A stretch of 63,964 nucleotides of DNA, filler included. It is 10 parts of 10 records of this genome, joined end to end, with 100 filler letters (N's around TTAATTAATTAA, not from the genome) between each part and the next. Parts side by side here need not be neighbours in the genome. Positions count along the whole stretch, not along the records: positions 5,249 to 11,260 come from DRR723986_27072; positions 11,361 to 18,097 come from DRR723986_27082; positions 18,198 to 25,900 come from DRR723986_27084; 7 more parts are not named here. One strand, 5' to 3'. Positions 9,715-19,529 of the stretch are shown here, piece after piece. Both the position numbers and the translations under genes were made by a program. Positions within the stretch are counted from its first letter, which is position 1. Each line of letters starts with the position of its first letter. The notes beneath the pieces were generated by a model, which was not told the origin of the DNA, ran no database searches, and was given only the letters and a program-made list of their open reading frames with translations.

Positions 9715-10287
9715 TCAGGGAATGATCCGGGTATACTTGGTTCCTTCCAAGGTCGCGCCAACACGCAGTCCAGCGCGCCCAAACACAGCCGCCAGAACCG
9801 GCGAACGCAAAGTGTTTGTATCAGCTGCCAAAGAGTCGCCCTGATCGCTGACGACGTATTCTAGATCGGCACCCGCAGCCCATCCGCTGGAATGGCGGAA
9901 ATCGCGCAGTGCATCATCGGTCATGAAAAACAAAACATGAGCGTATTGCTGCGCACCGATTTGGAAACCGCCACTGCCCTTGATCGCTGAATAGTAATCA
10001 AGGGTAACGCCATTCACTCGGAGCGCACCTCGACCATATCCACCACCAAATACGAACCCGGCCTCGGTGATCAGGGGCATGATCAACATGCCGGCTGCTT
10101 TGTTCGCAATATCGACCGTGTTTGGGAACTGGTCGTACATTTCGTTAAGTGTGGCGTTGACGCGGGCGTCTATGGTTGCAGACGCATTGCTACCGACGCC
10201 GTTTCCACAGGCGGCGGTCACGGATAAACCGGCTACACCAAGGGCAAAGCCACGACGGGTTAGTCGGGGGGAATTGGAACTGCTCAT
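9715..10287 (-). CDS. YSC84/SYLF lipid-binding domain lipoprotein, Tat-exported
   Basis: TRRGF twin-arginine motif, TAAC lipobox, GGGYGRGAL and GFQIGAQ motifs. Confidence 0.8.
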   Translation of the reverse strand: MSSSNSPRLTRRGFALGVAGLSVTAACGNGVGSNASATIDARVNATLNEMYDQFPNTVDIANKAAGMLIMPLITEAGFVFGGGYGRGALRVNGVTLDYYSAIKGSGGFQIGAQQYAHVLFFMTDDALRDFRHSSGWAAGADLEYVVSDQGDSLAADTNTLRSPVLAAVFGRAGLRVGATLEGTKYTRIIP

Positions 10288-10425
10288 TTTCTGTCTCTGT
10301 ATTCGGGCCTGAAAAAGCCGGTTTTCCGGTCTTGCCGGGCAACATACGCAGAATGCGGCGCCCTGTCACGGGGGCAGAGCGCCTATTCGGCGGGTTGTCG
10401 CCGTGAAATCTTTGTGATCCGGTGG

Positions 10426-11260
10426 TTAGGCCTGCAAATATTTCGCAATAGCGGGGGCAAAATAGGTGAGAACACCGTCACACCCAGCGCGCTTGAATGC
10501 CATCAAGCTCTCTAACATGATCTTCTCACCGTCGATCCATCCGTTCTGGGCAGCCGCCTGTATCATCGCGTATTCGCCCGACACCTGATAAGCATAGGTT
10601 GGAACGCCAAAGGTGTCTTTAACCCGGTGGCATATATCCAAATAAGGCATGCCCGGTTTCACCATTACCATATCTGCGCCCTCTGTTAGATCCCGTTGGA
10701 TCATCCGCAACGCTTCGTTTGAATTGGCTGGATCCATCTGATAGGTCTTCTTATCCCCGGTCAGCGCGCCCGACGCACCTACGGCGTCCCGAAAGGGCCC
10801 GTAGAATGCACTGGCGTATTTGGCGGCGTAACTCAGGATCATGACGTTGTGATGGCCCGCCGTTTCCAAGGCTTGCCGCATAGCGCCGATCCGACCGTCC
10901 ATCATATCTGAGGGGCCTATGATATCGGCGCCAGCATCGGCTTGGGCCAGTGTCATTTTGACCAGCGCTTCGACGGTCGCATCGTTGACGATTTCGCCAT
11001 CCACAACATACCCGTCGTGCCCGTTGATGTTGTATGGGTCCAAGGCAACGTCGGTCATAACCGCCAGATCAGGTGCAACCGATTTGATCGCTCGTATGGC
11101 TCGGTTTGTCAGATTGTCGGGGCTCCAGGCCTCGGCACAGTCTTCGGTTTTGAGGCTGGCATCTGTGTAGGGAAATAAGCAGATGGCAGGAATGCCCAAA
11201 GCCGCCGCTTCGGTTGCGGCTTGTGCAATTTTGTCCACGCTGCGGCGCATCACACCGGGC
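10426..11260 (-). CDS. hemB: Porphobilinogen synthase (5' truncated)
   Basis: DVALDPY, PSDMMDGR, YAAKYASAFYGPFRDA, MVKPG, AYQVSGEY. Confidence 0.97.
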
Positions 11261-11360
11261 NNNNNNNNNNNNNNNNNNNNNNNNNNNNNNNNNNNNNNNN
11301 NNNNTTAATTAATTAANNNNNNNNNNNNNNNNNNNNNNNNNNNNNNNNNNNNNNNNNNNN
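11261..11360. other. Artificial contig spacer
   Basis: N-run with TTAATTAATTAA. Confidence 0.99.
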
Positions 11361-11444
11361 TCAGCAAGGGATCAACAGGTTTTCTGGCGAAAGATCGGAA
11401 CCCAAGCCGAGTGGGCAGTTAACGAACAGTCGAGGAAGCTTAGT

Positions 11445-13592
11445 TTATCCCAACCGCCACGCATGGTACTTGCCCAACCACAGCAGCACTTTCTCCGGCG
11501 CATGCGCCCGCTTCCACTCACCCGCAGCGTATTTGTTGGCCTCAGCCAATGTGGGGTAGGTGTGAATGGTGCCCAGAATTTTGTTCAAACCCAAACCATG
11601 TTTCATGGCCAACACAAATTCAGCCAACAAGTCGCCTGCATGCACGCCAGCAATGGTCACGCCCAGAATTTTGTCCTTGCCCGGCACGGTCAAGACCTTC
11701 ACCACACCGTGTGCATCGCTGTCGGCAATGGCGCGGTCCAGGTCGTCAATGCCATAGCGTGTTACCTCGTAGGCAACGCCCTGCTCCTTGGCATCCTGTT
11801 CATTCAAACCCACACGTGCCACTTCAGGATCAGTAAAAGTGGTCCAGGGAATGACTGAATAATCGGCCTTGAATTTTTTAAGATGGCCGAACAATGCATT
11901 CACAGAGGCATACCACGCTTGGTGCGCAGCCACGTGGGTGAATTGATAGGGACCCGCCACATCGCCTGCTGCAAAAATATTGGGGTACAAGGTTTCAAGG
12001 TACTCATTGGTGACCACGGTGCGGTTGGTCTCGATACCCAGTTTCTCAAGGCCATAGCCGGTCAGGCGTGCTTTGCGACCCACCGCGCAAATCACATCAT
12101 CAAATTCAATTTCAACGGTGTTGCCTTGGTGTTCGGTGACCAATACTTTTTGATCGCCTCTGCGCTCAAATCGAACTGCTTTGTGTCGGGTCAGAATGTT
12201 CACTCCGTCAGCGCGCATGGATGCAGCGGCCAGGTCTGAAATTTCGGGATCCTCGCGCACCATGATTCGATCTGCCAATTCAACCTGCGTCACTTCGGAA
12301 CCCAATCGCACGAAGGCCTGTGCGAGCTCACAACCAATTGGCCCGCCACCCAGCACGACCAGGCGCTTCGGTAGCTCATCGCGTTTTGCGAATTCGTCCC
12401 ACAAGGTGTCGCTGGTCAGGTAACCACTGGTTTCAATACCAGGCAAAGGTGGCACCACCGGTTGGGCGCCTGCAGCAATCACAATACTGCGAGTGGTCAA
12501 GCGGCTGGTTTCACCGCTGTTGTGCTTGATTTCAACGGTCCAGGGATCGACGATGGTTGCATAGCCCTGAATCACATCCACGCCCAGGCCGGTGTAGCGT
12601 TCTACGCTGTCGTGCGGCTCGATCGCTTTGATGATGTCGTGCACACGGGCCATGACCGCCTTAAAGCTGAAGCTGGGCGTGGCTGCATGCAAACCGTATT
12701 TGTCGGCATGGCGCATTTGGTGAGCCAGCTTTGCACTTTTAATGATCGCCTTGGAAGGCACGCAACCAAAGTTCAGGCAATCGCCGCCCATTTTGTGGGC
12801 TTCAACCAGCGTCACTTTGGCCTTCACTGCAGCAGCAATGTAAGAGCTCACCAAACCCGCTGCACCCGCACCAATCACCACCATGTTGCGATCAAACTTA
12901 ACCGGCTTGGTCCATTGGGCATACACCTTGCGGGCCTTGATTTTGTCGGTCACTTTTTTTGCGATCAGCGGGAAAATGCCCAACAACACGAATGAAAGGA
13001 TGAGGCCAGGGGAAAGAATGCCTGCGAGGCTGTCGATTTTCGCAAGTTCGGTACCGGCATTCACGTACACCACGGTGCCTGCAAACATGCCAAGCTGGCT
13101 GACCCAGAAGAAGGTGAAAGCCTTCATGCTGGTCAAGCCCATGAGCAGGTTGATCAGAAAGAACGGGAACACGGGCACCAAGCGTAGCGTGAACAGGTAA
13201 AAAGCACCCTCTTTTTCAACCCCTTCATTGATCGCTTTCAGGCGGTTACCAAACTTGGCTTGCACAGAATCGCGCAGCAGGTAACGCGCACCAATAAAGG
13301 CGAGCGTGGCACCAATGGTGGATGCAAACGACACCAGAATCAAACCTTGCAGCAAACCGAACAGGGCGCCTGCAGCCAGGGTCATGACTGCGGCACCAGG
13401 AATTGAAAACGCGGTGACCAACACATAGGCTGCGAAGAATACGCCGGCGACCAGCCAAGGCGATTCGGTTTGAAATTCGCGGAACTGCTCAAGGCGACTT
13501 TTCAGGCTGTCGAGTGTCAGCAAACTGTGAAGGTCGAAAGCAAATACCGCCACAACAGCTGCAACAATAAGCAGCAGAACAATTTTCTTCAT
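11445..13592 (-). CDS. DedA/TVP38 (VTT) membrane domain fused to class-I pyridine nucleotide-disulfide oxidoreductase
   Basis: N-terminal hydrophobic domain with LRLVPVFPFFLIN; GAGAAG, GGDCLNFGCVPSK redox CxxxxC, GGGPIGCE, HTYPTLAE. Confidence 0.9.
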   Translation of the reverse strand: MKKIVLLLIVAAVVAVFAFDLHSLLTLDSLKSRLEQFREFQTESPWLVAGVFFAAYVLVTAFSIPGAAVMTLAAGALFGLLQGLILVSFASTIGATLAFIGARYLLRDSVQAKFGNRLKAINEGVEKEGAFYLFTLRLVPVFPFFLINLLMGLTSMKAFTFFWVSQLGMFAGTVVYVNAGTELAKIDSLAGILSPGLILSFVLLGIFPLIAKKVTDKIKARKVYAQWTKPVKFDRNMVVIGAGAAGLVSSYIAAAVKAKVTLVEAHKMGGDCLNFGCVPSKAIIKSAKLAHQMRHADKYGLHAATPSFSFKAVMARVHDIIKAIEPHDSVERYTGLGVDVIQGYATIVDPWTVEIKHNSGETSRLTTRSIVIAAGAQPVVPPLPGIETSGYLTSDTLWDEFAKRDELPKRLVVLGGGPIGCELAQAFVRLGSEVTQVELADRIMVREDPEISDLAAASMRADGVNILTRHKAVRFERRGDQKVLVTEHQGNTVEIEFDDVICAVGRKARLTGYGLEKLGIETNRTVVTNEYLETLYPNIFAAGDVAGPYQFTHVAAHQAWYASVNALFGHLKKFKADYSVIPWTTFTDPEVARVGLNEQDAKEQGVAYEVTRYGIDDLDRAIADSDAHGVVKVLTVPGKDKILGVTIAGVHAGDLLAEFVLAMKHGLGLNKILGTIHTYPTLAEANKYAAGEWKRAHAPEKVLLWLGKYHAWRLG

Positions 13593-13749
13593 TTCAATTC
13601 CTTGGTTTTTCTACGCAGTGTGTTGCCAATCATGCATGGTCTGGGCAAGTTGTACAGATAGTTTCGGCGAGTCGTACAAAAAAGTTACCTCGATCTTGAA
13701 AGATAGTCGCGTTAATCTAGGTCAACACGATGACAGCTGCACTTCGACC

Positions 13750-14565
13750 ATGAGCACAACCATTCATTCAATTTTTATCAGCCACGGCGCACCCACTTAT
13801 GCACTGGAACCCGGCCTGCCCGGCCAAGCCCTGGAAACCCTGGGACAACAACTGCTTGCCCAAGGTACGCGCGGACTGATTGTTCTAAGCCCTCATTGGC
13901 GTAGCGCCAAGCTGGCGGTGACCAGCCACGAAGCGCCCGTGATTGTTCACGACTTTTATGGTTTTCCAAAACCGCTGTACGAACTGAAACCGGAAATTTG
14001 CGGTGCGCCTGAACTGGCATCGCAACTTGCAACACATTTGGCCGAACACGGTTTAAGCGCCGAATTGCGCCCACAACAAGGTTTTGATCATGGGGCCTGG
14101 GTGCCCTACATTCACCTGTTCCCAAATGGTGGCCCGCCCATGTTGCAACTCAGTATGCCGGTGGACTGGAATGGCGAAACTGCATTGAATATGGGTGCCT
14201 TGGTGGGTGAATTTGCCCGCCATGCGAAAGCAGTGGTGATTGGAAGTGGCAGCTTGACGCACAATTTTGATGACATGGACATGCGCGCCGCAAAGGCAGG
14301 AGATGGTGGGCAGGCGCAAAACCTGCCTTATGTGCACGAGTTCAACACATGGGTTCAGGAACGCCTGCGGGCGTGCGACAGCAAGGCGATTGCGCGCGCG
14401 GAGCTTGATGCACCGCACTTTGCACGGGCCCACCCGGACGACGACCACTACCTGCCCCTGCCTTTTGCCATGGGTGCAGCGGGGAACAACTTCAAGGTCA
14501 ATGTGCTACCCGAGGATGTGCGTTACAAAGCCCTGTCGATGCAAAGCTTTGCATTCACCGCTTAA
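13750..14565 (+). CDS. DODA-type extradiol ring-cleavage dioxygenase (LigB/YgiD family)
   Basis: FISHGAP, SPHW, HDFYGFP, DHGAWVP, GSGSLTHN, AHP..DHYLPL. Confidence 0.88.
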   Translation: MSTTIHSIFISHGAPTYALEPGLPGQALETLGQQLLAQGTRGLIVLSPHWRSAKLAVTSHEAPVIVHDFYGFPKPLYELKPEICGAPELASQLATHLAEHGLSAELRPQQGFDHGAWVPYIHLFPNGGPPMLQLSMPVDWNGETALNMGALVGEFARHAKAVVIGSGSLTHNFDDMDMRAAKAGDGGQAQNLPYVHEFNTWVQERLRACDSKAIARAELDAPHFARAHPDDDHYLPLPFAMGAAGNNFKVNVLPEDVRYKALSMQSFAFTA

Positions 14566-14580
14566 CCTGGTCGGCTAATA

Positions 14581-15171
14581 TCAAGACAGTTGAGTGGCAC
14601 TGCAGTTGATGGTCTCAGGCAGCACACCGTCTTGCAGGGCTTTTTTCAGCGACTCTAAACCCCGGCCCCACAAAGGTACTTGCGTGGGCTGGCCCTGCAC
14701 GGTGGGCACAGTGAGTGGATCTTGCGCGGCTTCATCGTATTGATTGATGGCGCGCACCAAATCAAGGTGACGCACCCACACCCACTGACTGCGTTCGATG
14801 TCTACGCACTGGCGGGTTTGGGCAATGTCATTGACTGATTTGAAGGGCACCTGCACTGCGTACAAGTGAAACGGAACTCCAGGTGAAATAGAGGGGCCCT
14901 TGAGCTGGCTAGGGTCCAGTTCAGCGCTGCTGTAGGCGCAATTGGATTCCTCGGTGAATTCTCGAATGGCCGTTTGTGCCGGCGACTCGCCCTTCTGCGC
15001 ACTGCCGCCCAGCGTGGCCCAAGCGCGGCGCGTGGGGTGCGGGTCAAAAGCCATCAAGTGCACAGCCTCGCCAGCCACACAACTGTAGGCGATCAGCCCG
15101 GCGGGCGGCGCGTTGCTCGATGAGCAGGCAACAAGCGTGAACAACAGCGGCACTACAAACAACAAACGCAT
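14581..15171 (-). CDS. Nudix hydrolase domain lipoprotein
   Basis: LVAC lipobox; Nudix box GGSAQKGESPAQTAIREFTEES. Confidence 0.75.
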   Translation of the reverse strand: MRLLFVVPLLFTLVACSSSNAPPAGLIAYSCVAGEAVHLMAFDPHPTRRAWATLGGSAQKGESPAQTAIREFTEESNCAYSSAELDPSQLKGPSISPGVPFHLYAVQVPFKSVNDIAQTRQCVDIERSQWVWVRHLDLVRAINQYDEAAQDPLTVPTVQGQPTQVPLWGRGLESLKKALQDGVLPETINCSATQLS

Positions 15172-15233
15172 GGTGAAAGCAATCCTGAATGTGGAGTGCT
15201 CATTATTACCTGCTTACATGACACCTTGCGAGA

Positions 15234-16166
15234 TCAGGCACCCATCCAACCCAATGCAATGGCTGTAAGCACGGTGGATACACCGGCCATGTAAATTGTT
15301 TTCAGTTTTCCAGTCATTTTGATGCTCTCCGGAATCATTTCATTACAAACCACAAATGCCATCGCACCGGCGGCAAAAGCCATTGAAGCGGGCGTACCCA
15401 TGGCCCATGAATCGGCCGTGATGACCCCCAAACCAGCGCCCAGTGGTTCAACCAACCCTGTGGCCAATGCGGCCAGCGCAGCAAGCGCTTTGTGCACGCC
15501 AATGCTCCACAAGGCTGTGGCCACGATCAAGCCTTCGGGAATGTTTTGCAAACCGATCGAGAATGCCGTGCCGGAGGCACCGTTCAGGTTGCCTGCACTG
15601 GCACCCACTGCAAAACCTTCCGGTACGTTGTGCAAAGCAATGGCGATGGTCATCAGCAAGGCCATGCGCAGGCGTTGATTGCCCGCCATTTCCGGGCCTG
15701 TCACGGGGTGTTCATGCGGCAGGGTTTGGTCAAGCACTGTCATCACACCGTAGCCTGCTGCAGTGGCCACCAGCACCACCATCAAAGCGCCTTCCGTTTG
15801 AATGGCAGGGATAAACAGGGACATCACCGCTGCGGCGGCCATCATGCCGCCTGCGATCGCGATGAACAAACCCAAGCCTTTGTCATCAATTTTTTTCATG
15901 ACCAGCAACGCCATGCCACCCAGGCCGGTGGCGGCGCCGGCAATGGCCGAGAACTCGACTGCCTGAAGCTTCGATGGGCTTGCCGCGATGTACTGAACCG
16001 CAGCCCAAACCGCAGGTGCGCCTTGTGTGACGATGAGGTACAAACCCAGCGCAACAATCAGAATACCCACCACGCCACGCACAGCGCGAAACGCACGAAC
16101 GGCATCCAGCCCGGCTTGGTCGGCGATGTTCAGACCTACAATTTTGGTCATTTGATGAAAACTCAT
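15234..16166 (-). CDS. ZIP (ZupT/GufA) family metal transporter
   Basis: ALHNVPEG and GLQNIPEG metal-site helices, LPHEH loop, EMIPES. Confidence 0.9.
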   Translation of the reverse strand: MSFHQMTKIVGLNIADQAGLDAVRAFRAVRGVVGILIVALGLYLIVTQGAPAVWAAVQYIAASPSKLQAVEFSAIAGAATGLGGMALLVMKKIDDKGLGLFIAIAGGMMAAAAVMSLFIPAIQTEGALMVVLVATAAGYGVMTVLDQTLPHEHPVTGPEMAGNQRLRMALLMTIAIALHNVPEGFAVGASAGNLNGASGTAFSIGLQNIPEGLIVATALWSIGVHKALAALAALATGLVEPLGAGLGVITADSWAMGTPASMAFAAGAMAFVVCNEMIPESIKMTGKLKTIYMAGVSTVLTAIALGWMGA

Positions 16167-16233
16167 GACGGGCTCCCGTGCTTCAAAGGCTTGAATACGC
16201 GGTTAGTTTGCCCGAGAGCATATTATTCGTCTA

Positions 16234-16270
16234 ACGGATAATTTCTTTGAAGTTAATCGTTTTTACCGAT
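16234..16270 (-). promoter_or_regulatory. Putative OxyR/LysR-type binding site upstream of ZIP gene
   Basis: Minus strand ATCG-N7-CGAT-N7-AAAG-N7-CCGT, same spacing as the OxyR ATAG-N7-CTAT-N7-ATAG-N7-CTAT box. Confidence 0.55.
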
Positions 16271-17480
16271 TAATAGCGCAGGTTCTGAAGCCGGACAACA
16301 CGTCTTGCCGGTCCGGTTGAAAATAGTTGCGGTACTTGGGGTGAACCATTTCGGCAGAAGTGGCCCAACTTGCTCCCTTCAATACCTTTCGATCATGAAA
16401 CCAGGGTTTGGAGTAATCGACATAAGGGTGCATTTTGAACCCGTCGAAGGGAAGGAAGGTATTGGCAGTCCATTCCCACACCTGCCCCCACTGCATATTG
16501 GCTTGTGTGTGTGCGGCATATTCCCATTCGGCCTCAGTGGGCAACCTGCGGCCTGCCCACTGGCAATACGCCTGGGCATCCAGCCAACTGATGTTCTCGG
16601 CCGGCGCACTGAGCTTGAGCGGTGTTTTCTGACCATAACCCAGGTTAATCCAGCCACCGTTTTCAAATGCAACAAAGGCAGGCACAGGGTGTTGGGTGGC
16701 CTGGACAAATTCAAGATACTGCGCCCAGCTGACCGGACGTGAATCGATGGTGAATGCCTGTATCTGAACCACACAGGCGGGTACCTCATTGTCAAATGCG
16801 AAACCCTCGCCTTGCCAGCCCAGAGTCCACCGGCTGCCTGGCAGCTCGAGCTGAACCAAGTCGCCGCACTCCTGAACGCCGGGCCTGCATGCGTTGTGGG
16901 GGCGCAATGGAATATTCAGCAACTTGGCCATGAAGACCGCGGCTTCGTTGTGCATTTGTTCATGCAACACACACAGGCGGAAAAAATAAAGGTACTGATC
17001 GGCATTGCCGGGGTCGCTGGCACACAACGCATCAGCCTGCTCCAGCAACTTCAATGTGTCGCGCAACGAGGCGGCCAGATAATCACGGGTGCCTTGCAAA
17101 TCGGGCAAACCGATTTCCCAGCGGGTGTCATGCGCGATGGTGCTTGAATTCAGACGCGCATCGGCATTGAACAGGCGAGACTCCAGCTTGGGTGCATCGG
17201 GATTGCACTGCACACCCAAGGCCCAGTCAGGGTTGCGGGCCAGCCACCAGTCTTGAAACCAGGCCACATGACACAATTCCCAGAGCGGCGGGTTTAACTC
17301 GGGGCGGCATGGCACTGTGCACTCATGTCCCAGAGCATTCACGTAGTCCTCGAGCAAGCCCAAGGTGCGCTCGCGCGTGCGCAACAAAGCGTCGCGAAGA
17401 AAGGCGGCGTTTGCTGTTCGGGCCAACTGGGCTGGATGGATGCGGCTGTTCACAAAGGTACTGCGGTGGTGTGGATACAC
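16263..17480 (-). CDS. senA: EgtB/SenA-family sulfoxide synthase, selenoneine synthase SenA-like
   Basis: DinB-like N-domain with PELNPPLWELCHVAWFQDWW (SenA-type, unlike the EgtB SPxKWHxxHTTWF form), iron motif HEQMHNE (HX3HXE), FGE domain RLPTEAEWE, VWEWT, GFRTCA. Confidence 0.72.
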   Translation of the reverse strand: MYPHHRSTFVNSRIHPAQLARTANAAFLRDALLRTRERTLGLLEDYVNALGHECTVPCRPELNPPLWELCHVAWFQDWWLARNPDWALGVQCNPDAPKLESRLFNADARLNSSTIAHDTRWEIGLPDLQGTRDYLAASLRDTLKLLEQADALCASDPGNADQYLYFFRLCVLHEQMHNEAAVFMAKLLNIPLRPHNACRPGVQECGDLVQLELPGSRWTLGWQGEGFAFDNEVPACVVQIQAFTIDSRPVSWAQYLEFVQATQHPVPAFVAFENGGWINLGYGQKTPLKLSAPAENISWLDAQAYCQWAGRRLPTEAEWEYAAHTQANMQWGQVWEWTANTFLPFDGFKMHPYVDYSKPWFHDRKVLKGASWATSAEMVHPKYRNYFQPDRQDVLSGFRTCAINR

Positions 17481-17503
17481 TAAGTGTACGACAAGTGGCT
17501 ACA

Positions 17504-18097
17504 ATGAAAGCAATCGGAAATGTCGATCAAGAAGGAATGAACCCACTGAACACCCAAGCCAGCTCCCTTTCATTGAAGCAACTGAGCTATTTGCTGGCCG
17601 TTGCTGAAACGCTCAACTTCACCCGGGCGGCCGAGCGGTGTTTTGTGACGCAATCGACTTTATCGGGTGGCATTGCAGAACTTGAGCGCACATTGGGTGT
17701 GCAATTGGTAGAACGAGACCGCCAGCGAGTTGCGTTAACGCCCGTGGGTGTAGAAGTGGTGGCGCGTGCAAAAAGTATTTTGTCGGCCAGCCGCGACCTG
17801 GTGGCGCGCGCGCAATTGGCGGCCGACCCCGCCAGCGGAGAATTCAGGCTGGGCATCATACCGACCATCGCGCCCTTTTTGCTGGGAGCAATTTTAAGCA
17901 AAACCAAAACCGGCTTTCCAGATTTGATACTTCGCGTGCGCGAAAGCCAAACCGCAGCCTTGCTTCAAGAACTGGAACTCGGCGAGCTGGATGCCGCGCT
18001 GATAGCCCTGCCCATCGATTTGGGCAAACTGAAGGCTTTTCCCCTGTTTGAAGAACCCTTGCGATTGGTCGCCCACAGGAATGACGCCTTGTGTAAA
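17504..18097 (+). CDS. LysR-family regulator, OxyR-like (3' truncated)
   Basis: LKQLSYLLAVAETLNFTRAAERCFVTQSTLSGGIAELE HTH; LGIIPTIAPFLL; start at 17504 or 17537. Confidence 0.85.
17513..17527. promoter_or_regulatory. LysR T-N11-A dyad at the LysR gene start (autoregulation site?)
   Basis: ATCG-GAAATGT-CGAT, same dyad as 16256-16270. Confidence 0.45.
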
Positions 18098-18197
18098 NNN
18101 NNNNNNNNNNNNNNNNNNNNNNNNNNNNNNNNNNNNNNNNNTTAATTAATTAANNNNNNNNNNNNNNNNNNNNNNNNNNNNNNNNNNNNNNNNNNNN
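18098..18197. other. Artificial contig spacer
   Basis: N-run with TTAATTAATTAA. Confidence 0.99.
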
Positions 18198-18227
18198 CCG
18201 GCTCGCACTTCGTTTGGCCGGGATGAC
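18198..18227. repeat. Alphaproteobacterial REP element end (GTCATCC-tagged)
   Basis: CCGGCT..GGCCGGGATGAC; reverse complement begins GTCATCCCGG; located at contig edge. Confidence 0.6.
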
Positions 18228-18301
18228 CTCGGAAGATAAAACGAAGGCAGTGAGGACCGGAGGTATTCGCCTCCCTTTCCTCTTTGGTCGGGAGATTGCA
18301 C

Positions 18302-18703
18302 ATGTCCGGCGAAAAATCCCTTGTTGCCTGGCAGCGCCTCGAAGCGCTTTTCATCCTGATTGCTTCGCTGGTTCTCTATTTCTGGACAGGGGCGCCGTGG
18401 CTGACGTTTGTCATCCTCATCCTGGTGCCCGACCTGTCGATGCTGGGCTATTTTGCCAATCCACGCGTTGGCGCCCTGATCTACAATCTATTTCACACCT
18501 ACATCGGCCCGGCCCTCCTGATGGGACTTGGCGTCCTGCTCACGGATTATGATCTGGATCCCTACGCCTTCTGGGATTTTGCTCCGATCGCGATCATCTG
18601 GACCGCCCACATTGCGTTCGACCGGGTTCTGGGCTACGGCCTGAAGAGCCCTGAAGGGTTCAAGATCACTCACCTTGGCCGGATCGGCCGTCAGGATAGC
18701 TGA
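18302..18703 (+). CDS. DUF4260 family membrane protein
   Basis: WQRLE, PDLSMLGY, YNLFHTY, AHIAFDRVLGYGLK, THLG. Confidence 0.85.
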   Translation: MSGEKSLVAWQRLEALFILIASLVLYFWTGAPWLTFVILILVPDLSMLGYFANPRVGALIYNLFHTYIGPALLMGLGVLLTDYDLDPYAFWDFAPIAIIWTAHIAFDRVLGYGLKSPEGFKITHLGRIGRQDS

Positions 18704-18706
18704 ACC

Positions 18707-19456
18707 ATGAAAATCGCCGTCGTCTCGGACATTCACGGCAATGTCCTGGCCCTTGAAGCCGTGCTTGCAGACCTGAAACTGGAAGCACCGGACCTGATCG
18801 TCAATCTGGGTGACTGCATTTCCGGTCCGCTCTGGCCGGAGGAAACTGCCGCCATCCTGCGTGAGACTGCCTGGCCGACCGTTCGCGGCAACCATGACCG
18901 CATCGTCCTGGACGATCCGATCGACAAAATGGGACCGACCGACGTCTTTGCCGCAGAGCGTCTTTCCCAGGCAAGCCGCGACTGGCTGGCAACAAGCCAG
19001 CCGACCATACGCCTGACAGACGAGATTTTCCTGTGTCACGGCACCCCGGATAACGATGACCGCTACCTGACTGAAAAGGTGGACGGGCCGAAGGGACACC
19101 TGCCGGACGAACAGACCTTGCTGGACGAGTTGAAGGGCGAAACTGCTCCCGTCATCTGCTGCGGTCACACGCACATTCCCAGGGTCATCCGCCTCCAGAA
19201 AACCGGGCAGATCCTGCTCAATCCGGGCAGCGTCGGCTTGCCGTCGTACGAAGACGACCATCCGCACCGGCATGTCATGGAAGCCGGCAGTCCGCATGCC
19301 CGCTATGCCCTGATGACAAACAATCACGGAGCATGGAACTTTCAGGAAAAGATCCTGACATACGATTGGGACACAGCCTCCGCCGAGGCGGAAAAGAACG
19401 GGCGTCCGGGTTGGGCCCGGGCCCTGAAACACGGATTTTACGGCCCACTTTCCTGA
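18707..19456 (+). CDS. Metallophosphoesterase (YfcE/calcineurin-like)
   Basis: SDIHGN, NLGD, RGNHD, CHG, GHTH, NPGSVG. Confidence 0.92.
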   Translation: MKIAVVSDIHGNVLALEAVLADLKLEAPDLIVNLGDCISGPLWPEETAAILRETAWPTVRGNHDRIVLDDPIDKMGPTDVFAAERLSQASRDWLATSQPTIRLTDEIFLCHGTPDNDDRYLTEKVDGPKGHLPDEQTLLDELKGETAPVICCGHTHIPRVIRLQKTGQILLNPGSVGLPSYEDDHPHRHVMEAGSPHARYALMTNNHGAWNFQEKILTYDWDTASAEAEKNGRPGWARALKHGFYGPLS

Positions 19457-19529
19457 GACCTCCGCGATCACAAATGACGGAGCATGACCATTTCGGGGAA
19501 CGAAGCCGGGCGCTCCACGTTTTGTATCC

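Noticed and set aside
11445..13592. Mercuric reductase (merA) call
   Set aside because: No C-terminal Cys-Cys pair, no NmerA domain and no mer genes nearby
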